From Cyanophyceae cyanobacterium (lineage in GTDB: Bacteria > Cyanobacteriota > Cyanobacteriia > Cyanobacteriales > JBHJGN01): DNA of 64,000 bases. The position numbers were made by a program, and so were the translations under genes. Below, piece by piece: positions 20,907 to 30,146 of the stretch (position 1 is the first letter of the stretch; every line of letters starts with the position of its first letter). The notes beneath the pieces are model-generated. The model worked only from the letters and a program-made list of their open reading frames with translations, was not told the origin of the DNA and searched no databases. The DNA lies in the NCBI GenBank assembly GCA_050331735.1, contig JBHJGN010000023.1:140881-204880 (forward strand). Direction: 5' to 3'.

Positions 20907-21030
20907 ATGCCAGAGCCATTAGAAGAACGAGTCGCTCGTTTAGACGCTGAAGTTACACGGCTAAAAAACAAAGCAGAAAACGGCACGTCTTCTAAACCTT
21001 GATAGGAGAGAATCTTTGGGACATTTCAGC
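20907..21030 (+). pseudogene. Small antitoxin-like pseudogene (LEERVARLxAEV...PWWE type)
   Basis: Reads MPEPLEERVARLDAEVTRLKNKAENGTSSKP**ERIFGTFQ; TGA TAG at 21000-21005 where WW is expected. Confidence 0.6.
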
Positions 21031-21183
21031 ATTTTGGATCGTGGAGGTATTAATGCTCAATGGCTGATACAAGGATTCGCAAGCATTGATTCCAATCAAG
21101 TAGCAACAAGCATCATCAGCTATAAAGAGCAAACGTATTGTATCTAAAGTTGCGTATCGTCACTGCTTTCACTTCTTATAAAT

Positions 21184-21582
21184 TTACAGCAGCAACGCAG
21201 ATTGAAGACCGAAATGGGTTTTAAATGGCTCAAAATCTTGATCTGCGTAAAGTAAAGGTAAATTGTTTGCTATGCAGTACATTGCCATTAGACAGACAAT
21301 TGTTTTTCTAACAGTGATTCCCTGCTTGCGGAGTTTTCGATAGTTATCAGCAGATTTAATTCCCGTGGAAATATTGCATAAAGAAATGAGTTCGAGTTTC
21401 TGCAATAGCTGTTTTACTAGTTGATAGTCTTGATCCTCTCTAAACCCCTGTAGAATTTCAGCAAGGACCAAATCGCCAATAATGATTATTGTCGAGGACA
21501 GTAAATTATCTAATTTATCTGTCTGAACAGTAGCTTTGCCGTTAACGTAATCGATCCAAACGCTCGTACCTATAAAAAACAT
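21184..21582 (-). CDS. vapC: PIN-domain VapC toxin, probably inactivated
   Basis: TSVWID, LAEILQG, LRKQGITVRKTI, DQDF; conserved Asp replaced in IGTS and TIVC. Confidence 0.85.
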   Translation of the reverse strand: MFFIGTSVWIDYVNGKATVQTDKLDNLLSSTIIIIGDLVLAEILQGFREDQDYQLVKQLLQKLELISLCNISTGIKSADNYRKLRKQGITVRKTIVCLMAMYCIANNLPLLYADQDFEPFKTHFGLQSALLL

Positions 21583-21773
21583 TAATCTGTTTTCATCTGT
21601 TCAAGATCGCCTTTCCATGGCAGCTTTCCTTGGCAATGCTTGATTTTTCCCTGTTTTTTGAGCTTAATCAAAGTTTTAAGACCAAGCTCTACCGCATCTC
21701 TCTTAGTCTTCGGTCCAGTGAGCGTCAGCGCTTCTTGCATTAGCTCATCATCAATCACTATATTGGTACGCAT
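21582..21773 (-). CDS. vapB: VapB antitoxin
   Basis: MRTNIVIDDELMQEAL...KTKRDAVELGL; 1-nt stop/start overlap with vapC. Confidence 0.9.
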   Translation of the reverse strand: MRTNIVIDDELMQEALTLTGPKTKRDAVELGLKTLIKLKKQGKIKHCQGKLPWKGDLEQMKTD

Positions 21774-21981
21774 CTTTCTTATATGTGTATTTTCTGCTCA
21801 CACTTTACACATTGAGCCGATAATCAGGTAAAGAACATCAACAAGCCAATCACTAGAGTTTTTGGGTTTAAGCCATTAGCGTTCATCTAAAAGCGTCAAA
21901 TCGAGCACAATTGAGCAGACTGGTTCTGTGCTATATAAGGGCATAAATACTTAATATACAGCTACTATATTTTATTGAAGT

Positions 21982-22674
21982 ATGACATTCTCGATTGTGG
22001 CTTGGGATTCAGCGACTCGCATGACTGGAGTGGCAGTCGCAACAAAACATCTCGCAGTAGGAGCCTTAGTGCCTCATGCTAGAGCAGATGTGGGGGCGAT
22101 CGCCACGCAAGCTCAGACAAATCCACTGTTGGGAATTTTAGGTTTGCAACTACTAGAGCAACAGGGCAGCGAAGCCATTACTCCGAAAGAGGTCATTGCC
22201 ACCTTGCTAGAGGACGATGAAGATCGCCATCACCGTCAGCTTCACCTCGTTGACCGCCAGGGTCGTACCGCCGCCTGGACTGGTCAGGGATGCGTTGATT
22301 GGGCAGGACACTTCACTTTCCCTAACTTTTCGGTAGCGGGAAATATGCTGGTAGGCGAACAAACGCTCACCGCAATGGCAGATGCCTATCAATCTAAAGC
22401 AGGTATGGAGTTCTGCGAGCGCTTATTGCAGGCTCTTGAAGCTGGAGAAGCGGCTGGGGGTGATAAGCGCGGTCGCCAGTCAGCAGCGATCTATGTGGTG
22501 CATCAAGATTACTACCCCCATCTAGATTTACGTATTGACCACCACGACGATCCCATTGCCCAGTTGCGTTATCTCTTTGAAGAATCGCGCAAAGACTACT
22601 ACCAACAGTTTCGCCAATCTATGCCTAGTCGGGGTCGTTTACCAGAGACGCTCCCGCGAAGACAAGCAGCGTAG
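21982..22674 (+). CDS. DUF1028 family Ntn-hydrolase-like protein
   Basis: MTFSIVA, GAIATQA, AAWTG, VAGNML, AGGDKRGRQSAA, DLRIDHHDDP. Confidence 0.88.
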   Translation: MTFSIVAWDSATRMTGVAVATKHLAVGALVPHARADVGAIATQAQTNPLLGILGLQLLEQQGSEAITPKEVIATLLEDDEDRHHRQLHLVDRQGRTAAWTGQGCVDWAGHFTFPNFSVAGNMLVGEQTLTAMADAYQSKAGMEFCERLLQALEAGEAAGGDKRGRQSAAIYVVHQDYYPHLDLRIDHHDDPIAQLRYLFEESRKDYYQQFRQSMPSRGRLPETLPRRQAA

Positions 22675-22843
22675 TCCCGGCGGGACGGGAAAAGGGTAAA
22701 GGGTAAATAGTCCCTACGGGACGGGAAAAGGGGAAAATCTTTAGTCTTCTCTATGCTGAGTACGGCAAAAGGGGTCAAGAAAAACACGCATAAGTTCTCC
22801 CTTTGCCCTTTCCCCCTTCCCCTTTTCCCAGCGCCGCAGGCGC
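22674..22843. repeat. Composite purine-tract/micro-hairpin repeat between convergent genes
   Basis: GTCCCGGCGGGAC (22674), GTCCCTACGGGAC (22710), GGGTAAA heptamers, pyrimidine tract, GCGCCGCAGGCGC (22831). Confidence 0.85.
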
Positions 22844-24537
22844 TAGATATTCGCCACAGACTTAAAGGAGGCTTTGAGCCATTCGCCTGCTTCCTTGAGA
22901 TTTTGTTTCAACGGCTTATCAACATTCATAAACACCCGAGCGCAGTTTCGTCCCGGCATTCCTGAAATAGCCCCGCCTGGATGCGTTCCTGCACCTGTCA
23001 AGAATAAACCTTTAATCGGCGTTTGATAGTTGGCAATTTCCGGCAAGGGACGGAGAAACACCATTTGCTCTAGGGTCATATCAACGTGATAGTAGTTACC
23101 CTTGTAGGCACCTAAGCGTTCTCCTAATTCGGCTGGACTTTCAACGCGTCGTGCAATAATCGACTCTTTAATATTGGGAGCGTAATCAGCCAGCTTATCG
23201 ATCACTCGGTCTGCTACCTTGTTTTTTAGCGTGTCTGTCCATCCCGTTCCATTTAATCCTGTCCCTTCTGCTCCAGCAATCTGATAGGGAGCGAAAAATT
23301 CAATCCAGAGCGTATGCTTGCCGTCAGGGGCCATAGACGGATCTAAAACTGTTGGCACATCAACGTACATTGAGGGGTTAGCGTCAGGGATTTTGCCCAT
23401 CGACGGCAGCGAATGAGCTTCTTCAACATGATTAAAGGAATCAGCAATCAGCACAGAACCAATCCAGTAGTCGTCTTGATGATCGAATCCCTCAAAACGC
23501 GGGATCTCCGACAGCGCACAGTCAATTTTGAGAATGGTTTCGTTGTTGTTAACAATACGGCGCTCTAGCCGTTCTCTCAGGTTAGGATCGGCAGCGTGAA
23601 TGTCTGCTGGGTCGAGCATTTGCAGGAAGAGGCGTTTGGCATCCAGATTAGAAATGATGCCTTTGCGGGCGCGGTACTCTTCTCCTCCTGCCACTCTTAC
23701 CCCGGCTGCCCGTCCGTCATCGTCGATTAACACCTGCTCCACAGGGCGATCGCACAATACCTCCCCGCCATCACTTTTGACGCGATTCACCAGGGCATCA
23801 ATGAGCGCCCCTGTTCCGCCACGGGGTCTGGCCATCCCCGGGTGATGGCGCAGAGACATCATCATGCCGCCAATGGCGATGGTTTTTTGAGACGGAGGCG
23901 CACCCAGTTCTGAAGCGAGTCTCGCCAGAGGCGCGATCAAAAATTCTGAATCGAACCATTCATGGAGAGAATCTTCGGGACTGGTTAACATGGTGCGAAT
24001 GAGATCTAGGGTTTTATCAACGCCGCCCAACGTTGACAAAATATCTTGCAGATTCTTCAAGCCGTAGTTTCCGACAATGTCCACAATCGACTGAGGTGGA
24101 GCATTAAAAATAGGAGCAATGCCCTGAGTAAGGCGCTGCCAAAAGTTCATGTATTCGGCGTACTTTTGGGCATCGCGATCGCTGTAGCGAGCAATTTCAG
24201 CACAGGTTTTTTCAAGGGAGCGATGAGCGAGAAAAGACTTGCCGTCTGGATGGGGACAAAACACCACCGGATCGCAGTATAGGTACTCCAAGCCGTATTT
24301 TTCTAGCTCTAATTCTTCAACCACAGGTCCAAGATGGATAAACTCGTGGTCGATGGCGCAGAGGTTGAACTTAAATCCAGGGGCCTCAGAGGGCAGAGCC
24401 TCTTCTGTTGTAGCCGCACCGCCGGGAACAGAGCGTTTTTCGAGGAGCAACACGCTGTAACCAGCTTTTAATAGATAAGCAGCGCAAATTAAACCATTAT
24501 GACCTGCGCCAATAATAATCACGTCGTAAGCTTGCAT
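22843..24537 (-). CDS. crtO: Beta-carotene ketolase CrtO (phytoene desaturase-like FAD oxidoreductase)
   Basis: IIGAGHNGLICAAYLL, PGGAATTEE, CAIDHEFIHLGPV, LTGAGTHPGGAISGMPGRN match cyanobacterial CrtO. Confidence 0.85.
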   Translation of the reverse strand: MQAYDVIIIGAGHNGLICAAYLLKAGYSVLLLEKRSVPGGAATTEEALPSEAPGFKFNLCAIDHEFIHLGPVVEELELEKYGLEYLYCDPVVFCPHPDGKSFLAHRSLEKTCAEIARYSDRDAQKYAEYMNFWQRLTQGIAPIFNAPPQSIVDIVGNYGLKNLQDILSTLGGVDKTLDLIRTMLTSPEDSLHEWFDSEFLIAPLARLASELGAPPSQKTIAIGGMMMSLRHHPGMARPRGGTGALIDALVNRVKSDGGEVLCDRPVEQVLIDDDGRAAGVRVAGGEEYRARKGIISNLDAKRLFLQMLDPADIHAADPNLRERLERRIVNNNETILKIDCALSEIPRFEGFDHQDDYWIGSVLIADSFNHVEEAHSLPSMGKIPDANPSMYVDVPTVLDPSMAPDGKHTLWIEFFAPYQIAGAEGTGLNGTGWTDTLKNKVADRVIDKLADYAPNIKESIIARRVESPAELGERLGAYKGNYYHVDMTLEQMVFLRPLPEIANYQTPIKGLFLTGAGTHPGGAISGMPGRNCARVFMNVDKPLKQNLKEAGEWLKASFKSVANI

Positions 24538-24892
24538 ATATCGTGTTTGAGCTTGAGAATCTTTCTATGCTAGAGAATCTGCATTATCCCAAACACAGTC
24601 TCAGGGAAGAGATGGACTTGGAGAGAGAGTTATGCCTACTCGACCAATTTATATTGGCTATTAATCTTACCGCTACATTGGGTTGAATATCAGTTATTAG
24701 TCTCTTTACCAACTCCAGGGATAAAGTAGGCGCTTGTCGAGGTGGTAAGTGAAGAGAGTTCAGGAGATATAACAACTCACTGAGACTAACTAATGTGTTA
24801 TTTTGGTGAGCGCAGGAAGTTATTCATAGCCGCTCAACCCGATTTTTGAGTAAGTGACTCCGGCGTAAAGATATGTCAGATTAAACTTCACC

Positions 24893-26260
24893 GTGACAAG
24901 TGGCAGAAAAAAGAAAAAGTGGACGGTTTTTTCCCTATTCTCGGGCGGAATGGGTCTGGATCTTGGCCTTGAAGCAACCGGACGTTTTGAAACCCGAATC
25001 TGTGTCGAAAGTGCCAAGGCTTTTTGTGACACAATTAGGCTGAACCAAGCGAAGGGAAGGCTTTCTGAGAATCTCCAGATCGTAGAGGGTGACATATCTA
25101 GTATCGACCCCAAAAACTTATTTGTCGATTTGGGAGTGGATCCTTCGGAAATTGATGTGGTTGTTGGTGGTCCACCCTGCCAGTCATTTAGCACAGCAGG
25201 TCGCCGAGGGACAGTTCAGGATCCGAGAGGAACGTTAATCTGGGACTTTTTGCGCTTTGTCGAATTTGTAAAGCCGAAGTTCTTTTTGATGGAGAATGTT
25301 CGTGGACTTTTGTCTGCTGCCCTTAAGCATCGGCCTATTGCCAAACGGCCTGGTAAGGGTGGCCCACCTTTATTACCCGAAGAAGAGCCTGGATCTGTTG
25401 TTCGCCTGTTTGCATCCGATCTAGCGAAGCTCAAAGGCATTTCTTATCACCTCGATATTTTTGAGGTGAATGCAGTTAATTACGGTGCTCCGCAGATCAG
25501 GGAAAGAGTCCTGTTTATCGGAAATATATTTGGAAAAATCGTAGATTTTCCTGCGCCGACTCATGGTCCAAATAGCTCGGACGGCGACAAGTCTAGTCAA
25601 ATATCACTTTTTGGCGAATCAAGCAAGAGACCTTGGCGAACGCTTGGAGATGCCCTTGAAGGTCTTGGAGATCCCGATCCTTTGGTTCTAGACTTCAGTC
25701 CTAGGAAGAAGTCTTTTCTTGAATTAGTTCCTCCAGGGTCAAATTGGAGAAGCCTTCCCTTGGAGATTCAACAAGAGTCAATGGGAAAAGCCTGGTATGC
25801 CAAAGGTGGTCGTTCAGGTTGGTGGCGAAGGCTTACGTTCGATTTGCCGTCGCCAACCCTCATTACTATGCCAAACCATGCAAGCACATCTCTCTGCCAT
25901 CCGACAGAGACTCGAGCACTCTCAGTTCGTGAATATGCTCGCATTCAGGAGTTTCCAGACGACTGGGAGTTTGCTGGGACTATTTCTGAGCAGTATGCCC
26001 AATTGGGAAATGCAGTGCCAACCCGCCTAGGTAAAGTTGCAGGAGAGGTCATCGACAAAGAGCTCCATCAGTTATTATCCAAGAATGCCGCCCCTTCACT
26101 GGAGAATGTCGGTACTCCGCGAATTGTTTATCTCCAATCCCACGTTCGGACTCGTCAATGGTTCAAGAATGGTCAGGTAATCCACTGGAAAGACGGAGAA
26201 GATAATAAGGGTGCTCAATATTCTCCACCGAAAACCATAACGGCTAAACGCTCAATTTAA
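24893..26260 (+). CDS. DNA (cytosine-5) methyltransferase of a type II R-M system
   Basis: SLFSGGMGLDLG, GGPPCQSFS, MENVRG, QIRER, REYARIQEFPDDW, QLGNAVP. Confidence 0.93.
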   Translation: MTSGRKKKKWTVFSLFSGGMGLDLGLEATGRFETRICVESAKAFCDTIRLNQAKGRLSENLQIVEGDISSIDPKNLFVDLGVDPSEIDVVVGGPPCQSFSTAGRRGTVQDPRGTLIWDFLRFVEFVKPKFFLMENVRGLLSAALKHRPIAKRPGKGGPPLLPEEEPGSVVRLFASDLAKLKGISYHLDIFEVNAVNYGAPQIRERVLFIGNIFGKIVDFPAPTHGPNSSDGDKSSQISLFGESSKRPWRTLGDALEGLGDPDPLVLDFSPRKKSFLELVPPGSNWRSLPLEIQQESMGKAWYAKGGRSGWWRRLTFDLPSPTLITMPNHASTSLCHPTETRALSVREYARIQEFPDDWEFAGTISEQYAQLGNAVPTRLGKVAGEVIDKELHQLLSKNAAPSLENVGTPRIVYLQSHVRTRQWFKNGQVIHWKDGEDNKGAQYSPPKTITAKRSI

Positions 26261-26264
26261 ATTT

Positions 26265-27236
26265 ATGCCAAGAGGACATCCCGATCTTCCGCGTGCAACT
26301 AAAACAACGCTCTCTAGACGACATATATTGGACCAGTTAATGGTAATTGATGCCGATCAAGAGAGCCGATCCCGTGTCTTACGACTTGAGACGGCATTCC
26401 AAAAAAAGATTGATACCCATATTGTTTCATTGCCCCCCACTGACGCAATATTTCAGAAGTTTAATACAAGTCCTTACGTTTTACTGATTCATGCGAAGCA
26501 GAGGAAGTACACCAAGGTCAGTGAACTCGAGGCTGATATTTTGCCTGCAAAACAATTTTCCTCAATGGAGACATCCGCCGGTCGAATGGTTGAAGAGGTT
26601 GTATTGCCTGAGTATGGTTGGCAGTGTGTTGTCAGCGAGATGCACACAGCGAACTCAGCTCTGGATGGAAAGTTTAAGGACGGGGATGTGCTTCGACTTG
26701 CGACGCTTAAAAGCGGTCCTCGCTGCCTTAATGATGAGATGAGTGAAAATTTTGCTGATGCAATCCTGTCTAATTATAGGGAGTGGGCAAGAGAAGCGGT
26801 AGTATTAGATCTAGATTTTACATATGGTGTTCTCTATGGCACCCCGAAGCAGTCAAATAAGAAAGATTGGCATATTCTCCGAAATCTCAAAGACAAGCGT
26901 CCTTCTGCTATTACTATTGAGCCCGCACAACAGTGGAATTGCGAATTTCGGGAGAATGAGGTCGCGGTCAAAGTTGCTGTAAGGATCGGATTAGATTGGT
27001 GGCGACATCTTGGAGGCGAACTCTGCTTCATCGAAGTCTTTACGGCATTGATTCGCGCCTGTATTAATGCTGGTATGTCAGACGCGAAGTCGTACCAGTA
27101 CACCATATCAGACTTGAACAATATTGTTGATACATCTCGAGTGGAAAAGGATTATAATGTCTCACTTCTACAGCGCAGCCAGATCCCTTGGCTCTTCCTG
27201 ATGGCGAGGCACTTCTGCGATGAACTAACGCAATAA
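26265..27236 (+). CDS. Putative type II restriction endonuclease
   Basis: Starts 4 nt after the MTase; SMETSAGRMVE helix, ALDG, TLKSGPRCLN resemble PD-(D/E)xK nuclease cores. Confidence 0.65.
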   Translation: MPRGHPDLPRATKTTLSRRHILDQLMVIDADQESRSRVLRLETAFQKKIDTHIVSLPPTDAIFQKFNTSPYVLLIHAKQRKYTKVSELEADILPAKQFSSMETSAGRMVEEVVLPEYGWQCVVSEMHTANSALDGKFKDGDVLRLATLKSGPRCLNDEMSENFADAILSNYREWAREAVVLDLDFTYGVLYGTPKQSNKKDWHILRNLKDKRPSAITIEPAQQWNCEFRENEVAVKVAVRIGLDWWRHLGGELCFIEVFTALIRACINAGMSDAKSYQYTISDLNNIVDTSRVEKDYNVSLLQRSQIPWLFLMARHFCDELTQ

Positions 27237-27750
27237 CGATATTCCAAAAGGCGAGTCAGGTAAACTCTCTGTGTCGTACTTTTACCATGCAAAGATGTTG
27301 GATATCTCAATGATTTCAATTCAGAAGTCGGTTTTGAACGCCATATCGGTTGAGCACAAATCGTTATATGAAATACCTAAATGCCTGCTACAAATAAAGC
27401 CTCTAACATGAAATTCCATCCAGTGACAGAAGCGACAGTTGACCGGGTTAAATTCAATAAGAGCTTAGTCAACTTGCATCTTAACTCCTCTAGAGTATCA
27501 AAGAGTTCCCACTTGAGATGTTTTTTGATTTCTTGCCACAATCGTTCAATGGGGTTAACTTAAGGGCTATAGGGAGGTTGAAAAACTAAGATGACATTCT
27601 CAGGAAGTTCTAGTTCAGACCAGGTATGTAAGCGACCATTATCTAGTTGAATTAGGTGTAAGTCTTGAGGATATTCTTGAGCAAACCAGGATAAATATTC
27701 CTGGAAGCAAACGCCGTCTACATGAGAGAATTCAGTGCCAAACTTTTTCG

Positions 27751-27986
27751 GGTAGTATTACATATGTAGTGAAAGCAAGTTTTTTGACATAGTTTCTATT
27801 GAAAACGAGAAGAGAATCTATACAGAGCATACAAAGTGTCTTAAGATAGCTGCAACTCTTGTCTATTAAGGGTTTTGGAAACTTGCCCTAAAAATCAGCG
27901 TTTAGGCTTTATCTATTTTGCTCCCGATTAATAATGAAGAAATACTATCAGCTTAGTTTTCATTTCACTACTTAAAATACACTACC
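27751..27986. mobile_element. 236-bp non-coding MITE with IS1-type ends
   Basis: Begins GGTAGT...GTAGTGAAA, ends TTTCACTAC...ACTACC; 8-bp direct repeat CTTTTTCG at 27743-27750 and 27987-27994. Confidence 0.8.
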
Positions 27987-28222
27987 CTTTTTCGGAGGTG
28001 ACCTCCGAAAAACAACTGGCACGGCAACAAAGCTCTCTCCCGTTCGCGGTTCAACTAATCCATATAACCACAGATAGTCAAAGCACCATTGCTCAATCCC
28101 GACAGGTTGTATGCCTCTTCCAGTCGGCTTTCTTGCCCAGAGCGTGATTAAGCCGATGCGGGATTCGTCCTCACACCAATATCTGATTTTTGGGGATTGA
28201 TTAACTTTGTGCTTGTTCTCTT

Positions 28223-28762
28223 TTAAAGTTGCTTGGGGCGCGTTCCAGCCAGAAGTGGTTCCGGCTGGGTCGCCTCCGCTTTTTTAAAAGCTTCTACAAC
28301 TCCCGGTTCTTGTTTGTGATGTACCGGGCGTGGCACTTTCAACTTGCCTTTGAGTCGATAACGTACCAGTTTATGGACTCCGGTATAACTCATGTCTACC
28401 TCATGAACGGCTTTGAGCCATCTTTGCACTTCTTTATAGCTAGAAAACCCCGCCTCGTCTTTTAATTCTTGCATCAGTTTTTCTTCTACTTCCGCGCACA
28501 GCGCTCTTTTTCTGCCTGAGCTTTTGCCCTTGAGCAAGAGAGCGGAGATTCCCCCTTGTCTGTATCTACTCAACCACCTTGACACCGTCGTTCGGTGTTT
28601 TCCTAGCAACGAGGCAGTGGTTTCTGTCGTTTTTACTTGCCGAGTTTTCAACCAATACAAGGTTTGAACTCTTTCTTTGACCTCTTGATTTTTGGCAGCT
28701 TTGAGCAGCTCTCGTAGCTCGGCGGCTGATTCCTCGCTCTCTAATTTAATAATTCCGCTCAT
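28223..28762 (-). CDS. IS630 transposase N-terminal HTH ORF (orfA)
   Basis: ERVQTLYWLK, RTTVSRWLSRYRQGG, KLKVPRP..., EAFKK slippery-site region. Confidence 0.85.
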   Translation of the reverse strand: MSGIIKLESEESAAELRELLKAAKNQEVKERVQTLYWLKTRQVKTTETTASLLGKHRTTVSRWLSRYRQGGISALLLKGKSSGRKRALCAEVEEKLMQELKDEAGFSSYKEVQRWLKAVHEVDMSYTGVHKLVRYRLKGKLKVPRPVHHKQEPGVVEAFKKAEATQPEPLLAGTRPKQL

Positions 28763-28928
28763 CTACGCTCCCTTTCTGATTTCTTTCAAGCCTTATTTCC
28801 TTCTCTCTATTTGTAGAAGCTTTTTTTCTATTTCATATTAGAACCTGAAACTCATACAGCTTAAAAAAGCTCTGGCTTGCTTGACTTGCTCTAACCTAAA
28901 AATTAAACAGCTTACTGGTCACTCAATC

Positions 28929-30146
28929 TTAGCTGCTGCGTAACGCCACAATCGGATCGAGGCGCGCTGCCTGTCGGGCGGGGAATACCCCGAAAAATAA
29001 GCCGATGCCGCCAGAAACTCCCACGGCAACCACCACGGCAACTGGAGAAATGGTGGCCGATAGCGGAGAGAAAGCGCCGACAACAAGAATACCGCCAACG
29101 CCAATGAGAGTACCCAACGCTCCTCCTGCCGCCGATAGAATGACGGCTTCAATCAAAAACTGAACGAGGATATCCTGCTGCTGAGCGCCAACGGCTTTAC
29201 GCAGTCCAATTTCCTGAGTTCGTTCAGTGACCGATACTAGCATAATATTCATCACGCCAATGCCGCCCACTAGCAGAGAAATTCCGGCGATCGCCGCCAG
29301 CATCGCTGTTAACCCGCCCGTGACAGTGCCGACAATGCTCAAAATATCCTTTTGGGTTTGCACCGTAAAATCATCCTCTCCCGTGATCTGATGCCGCAGC
29401 CGCAGCAAATTTTCGATCTGAAACTGAGCGGCACTAACGCTTTCTCGATCGCGGGCCGTCACGGATATAAAAGTGACTTCGGTTCCGTAGGGTGACGTGC
29501 GACCCACAATTTGATTGGAGAGCGTTGTTAGCGGCATGAACACCGTATCGTCTTGGTTGTTGCCCAAAAAAGAGCCTTTCGAAGCCATTACCCCAATCAC
29601 CTCAGCGCTGAGGTTGCCAATTCTAATCGATTTGCCCAAGGGATTGCTGTTGCCAAAGAATCGGTCGGCAATTTCCGCTCCCAGAACCGCTACGCGGTTG
29701 TTGCGCTGCAAGTCTAACTCGTTGATAAAGCGTCCTTGAGCCACATCGTAACTTCTCACCGCCAAAAATTCTGGTGTCGTCCCGGTGACTAGGTTACTCG
29801 TATTCTGGTTGCGGTACGTAATGACCTGCGTAGAGTTAATCTGGGGCGCGACCGCCGTCACGGTTGGCACTTGGGAAGTGATCGCCTCCGCGTCTTCTAC
29901 GACCAGCGTTCTGGGTAAGTCAAAGGTGGTATTGCGGCTTTCTCGCGAACCGGGACTGACAAACAACACGTTCGGACCAAGCGACTCGAACTGTTCTGAG
30001 GCGAGCCTTTGCGCTCCCTGTCCAATGCCCACCATCGCAATCACCGAAGCATTGCCGATAACGATGCCGAGCATGGTTAAGCCACTGCGGAGTTTATTCG
30101 CTCTGAGGGTAGACAGAGCCATTTTAAAGCTTTCTAATCGATTCAT
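28929..30146 (-). CDS. MacB/FtsX-type ABC transporter permease
   Basis: LRSGLTMLGIVIG, ISLLVGGIGVMNIMLVSVTERTQEIGLRKAVGA, PARQAARLDPIVALR. Confidence 0.93.
   Translation of the reverse strand: MNRLESFKMALSTLRANKLRSGLTMLGIVIGNASVIAMVGIGQGAQRLASEQFESLGPNVLFVSPGSRESRNTTFDLPRTLVVEDAEAITSQVPTVTAVAPQINSTQVITYRNQNTSNLVTGTTPEFLAVRSYDVAQGRFINELDLQRNNRVAVLGAEIADRFFGNSNPLGKSIRIGNLSAEVIGVMASKGSFLGNNQDDTVFMPLTTLSNQIVGRTSPYGTEVTFISVTARDRESVSAAQFQIENLLRLRHQITGEDDFTVQTQKDILSIVGTVTGGLTAMLAAIAGISLLVGGIGVMNIMLVSVTERTQEIGLRKAVGAQQQDILVQFLIEAVILSAAGGALGTLIGVGGILVVGAFSPLSATISPVAVVVAVGVSGGIGLFFGVFPARQAARLDPIVALRSS

Larger units (their letters stand above)
27367..28837 (-). mobile_element. IS630-family insertion sequence, inactivated
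   Basis: Ends TATGAAATA (27367) / TATTTCATA (28829-28837); HTH ORF 28223-28762; minus-strand DDE fragments WCEDESRIG...YGLVEPRTGESF and EFSHVD...QLDNG...QPPYSP*VNPIERLW; in-frame TAA at 27560-27562 and an internal insertion. Confidence 0.9.

Noticed and set aside
27220..27300. attC site after the putative endonuclease
   Set aside because: An ACTAAC is present but no matching inverted L/R boxes were found.
27735..28022. Group II intron fragment (GTGCC...AC ends)
   Set aside because: 5' end is not GTGYG, no domain V seen, and the interior is fully explained by a hairpin plus a MITE with target duplication.
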